Below the pieces are notes generated by a model, which saw only the letters and a list, made by a program, of their open reading frames with translations, ran no database searches and was not told the origin of the DNA. Shown here in pieces: positions 48,996 to 50,336 of a DNA stretch of 50,336 bases. Numbering within the stretch: the stretch's first letter is position 1; each line of letters opens with the position of its first letter. A program made the position numbers and the translations under genes. Location: positions 95,424-145,759 of the IMG/VR virus record IMGVR_UViG_2974574029_000001, one strand, 5' to 3'. This DNA comes from a virus. Lineage: Duplodnaviria > Heunggongvirae > Uroviricota > Caudoviricetes.

Positions 48996-50224
48996 TAATC
49001 CTCCTTATCGAGATAAATTTCATCCAGGATTGCACCTTGTACGCCAACAACAATCACATCTGGAGCACCTTCAGGTTTTTCTTTACCTGTCAGAACTTCA
49101 TAGCGGCAGCAGCGGCATTTCTTGTTATTGTAGTTATATGGTACGCTAACAATGTCTGCTGGGTCAACAGAGACTTCAACAACGTTTCCATAACTACGGG
49201 CATACTCCGCAGCGGCAATATGCAGACCCTGGCTACAGGCTTTTGTTGGGTCATCTTCAACCATGTTTCTTGGCATAGTGACTGTAGTGTTAGCCCAGTT
49301 GGGGACCAGTCCTGTATACCAGTCGCGAGGGCCATGCTCAGTACGCTTCAATCCCTTATAGGCCAGAATGTTACCATTCTCAAGGATCGTGAATTTGTTA
49401 TGCTCCAGGAAATCGTACAACATTTCAACCGATTTGTAAGAAGGGTTGAGCATCAGCTTACGCATGAACTCGACATAACGGTTATCGAACTTCCCGGTCT
49501 CGATATCGGAAACAATACGGCGAGCAATACCGCTTTCTTGTTTGATGCCGTGCCAGTACAGAACACCATCCAGCAGCTTCATATCCGGCCCAAGATCGAT
49601 TGCCACTTCAGCTTTTGCAGCGATTCCCGCCTCAATAAGCGCTACGGCTTCGTCGATCTTGTTGTTTAACAGCAACATACCAACGTCGTTAAAGATTTCG
49701 CTGTTACTGCCCAGAGTATGAATGGTCCCATCGGGAAGTGTGATGGAAACGTTGCCCGGTGTCATGATGACAATGGGATCAGCTTTCGTATCATCAACAA
49801 CCGAAATGTTAATAGGCACAGATGTAGGCTCTGGAAGCTGAGGAACTATAACGCTCACTTCTACATCAGAAACTACGAACACTACTTCCCAGCGCTTACC
49901 GCGCTTGCCTAAGTCCTTAACCACCCCGTAGTTTACTCCGCGAGGACCCTGAGCATGGTCAATGATCTTCGCATTCTGTACAGTCTTAGAGAATGCTCGG
50001 GCTTCCCCACGACTACCAAAGAACATAGATGCAGTTGGTGCAGGGTAAGTTTCCATATCAAAGGAAATCGTCTTTTCCGGCGAAGCACCAATACTGTCTT
50101 TGGGGACAACCATCCAACGCCCCTCTGCCAGTACCGCCGGAGATACACCACGGTCCACAACTTTCATACCACGACTTGCAGCACAAACACGAGCATCTGC
50201 ACGGGATTTAAAAAGATTACTCAT
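48995..50224 (-). CDS. rIIB: rIIB-like protein
   Basis: NPS..SV..LYDFL; ILAYK; V.MPR..V.DDP...CSQGLH; DP.DIVSVP. Confidence 0.85.
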   Translation of the reverse strand: MSNLFKSRADARVCAASRGMKVVDRGVSPAVLAEGRWMVVPKDSIGASPEKTISFDMETYPAPTASMFFGSRGEARAFSKTVQNAKIIDHAQGPRGVNYGVVKDLGKRGKRWEVVFVVSDVEVSVIVPQLPEPTSVPINISVVDDTKADPIVIMTPGNVSITLPDGTIHTLGSNSEIFNDVGMLLLNNKIDEAVALIEAGIAAKAEVAIDLGPDMKLLDGVLYWHGIKQESGIARRIVSDIETGKFDNRYVEFMRKLMLNPSYKSVEMLYDFLEHNKFTILENGNILAYKGLKRTEHGPRDWYTGLVPNWANTTVTMPRNMVEDDPTKACSQGLHIAAAEYARSYGNVVEVSVDPADIVSVPYNYNNKKCRCCRYEVLTGKEKPEGAPDVIVVGVQGAILDEIYLDKED

Positions 50225-50336
50225 TATTTCTCTCCTTTACTATCAATAAATTTACGGTACTCTACAACCTCGGGTGAGTTAAAATGCTGCATCGGGACGT
50301 GTTTCAGTAACGGGTAACGATTTTTTACCTTGCTAA
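50224..50336 (-). CDS. rIIA: C-terminus of rIIA-like protein (partial)
   Basis: ...KNRYPLLKHV...GEK*; coupled to the rIIB start. Confidence 0.6.
   Translation of the reverse strand, partial: SKVKNRYPLLKHVPMQHFNSPEVVEYRKFIDSKGEK

Noticed and set aside
1-50336. tRNA, rRNA, CRISPR array, integrase or att site
   Set aside because: No cloverleaf, spaced repeat array or recombinase recognised by eye; tRNAscan-SE not run

Overview
This window is a large part of a lytic, contractile-tailed (myovirus) phage genome. Gene order and content fit the rV5/PVP-SE1-like Vequintavirinae, probably an enterobacterial or Klebsiella-type host; this is inferred from synteny, not from a database search. The + strand (1-27.1 kb) is the morphogenesis block: capsid end, head fibre, neck, DUF3383 sheath, tube, tail chaperone with a hidden -1 frameshift extension, tape measure, baseplate, about seven receptor-binding proteins and a membrane/holin cluster. 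It converges at a bidirectional terminator (27109-27140) with the - strand early/middle block: SSB, PnuC and NadR, many small ORFs, a 676-aa/131-aa module, family A DNA polymerase, primase-helicase, C5-methyltransferase, PIF1-like helicase, rIIB, the end of rIIA and five free-standing HNH endonucleases. About ten 1-2 nt indels break genes, several of them essential, and most look like sequencing errors. Main findings: (1) the SGNH-esterase tail spike starts with the N-terminus of a phage-21-type pinholin, marking the end of an apparently prophage-derived cassette that also carries a beta-helix protein and a DUF2829/Tad2-like ORF; (2) DNA polymerase appears to need an ATT start; (3) a 251-aa tail chaperone frameshift product is missing from the ORF track; (4) two matching antisense promoters lie in the head region, one driving a membrane-protein moron and one aimed at the capsid gene; (5) an NAD salvage cluster. 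No tRNA, rRNA or CRISPR array was recognised.
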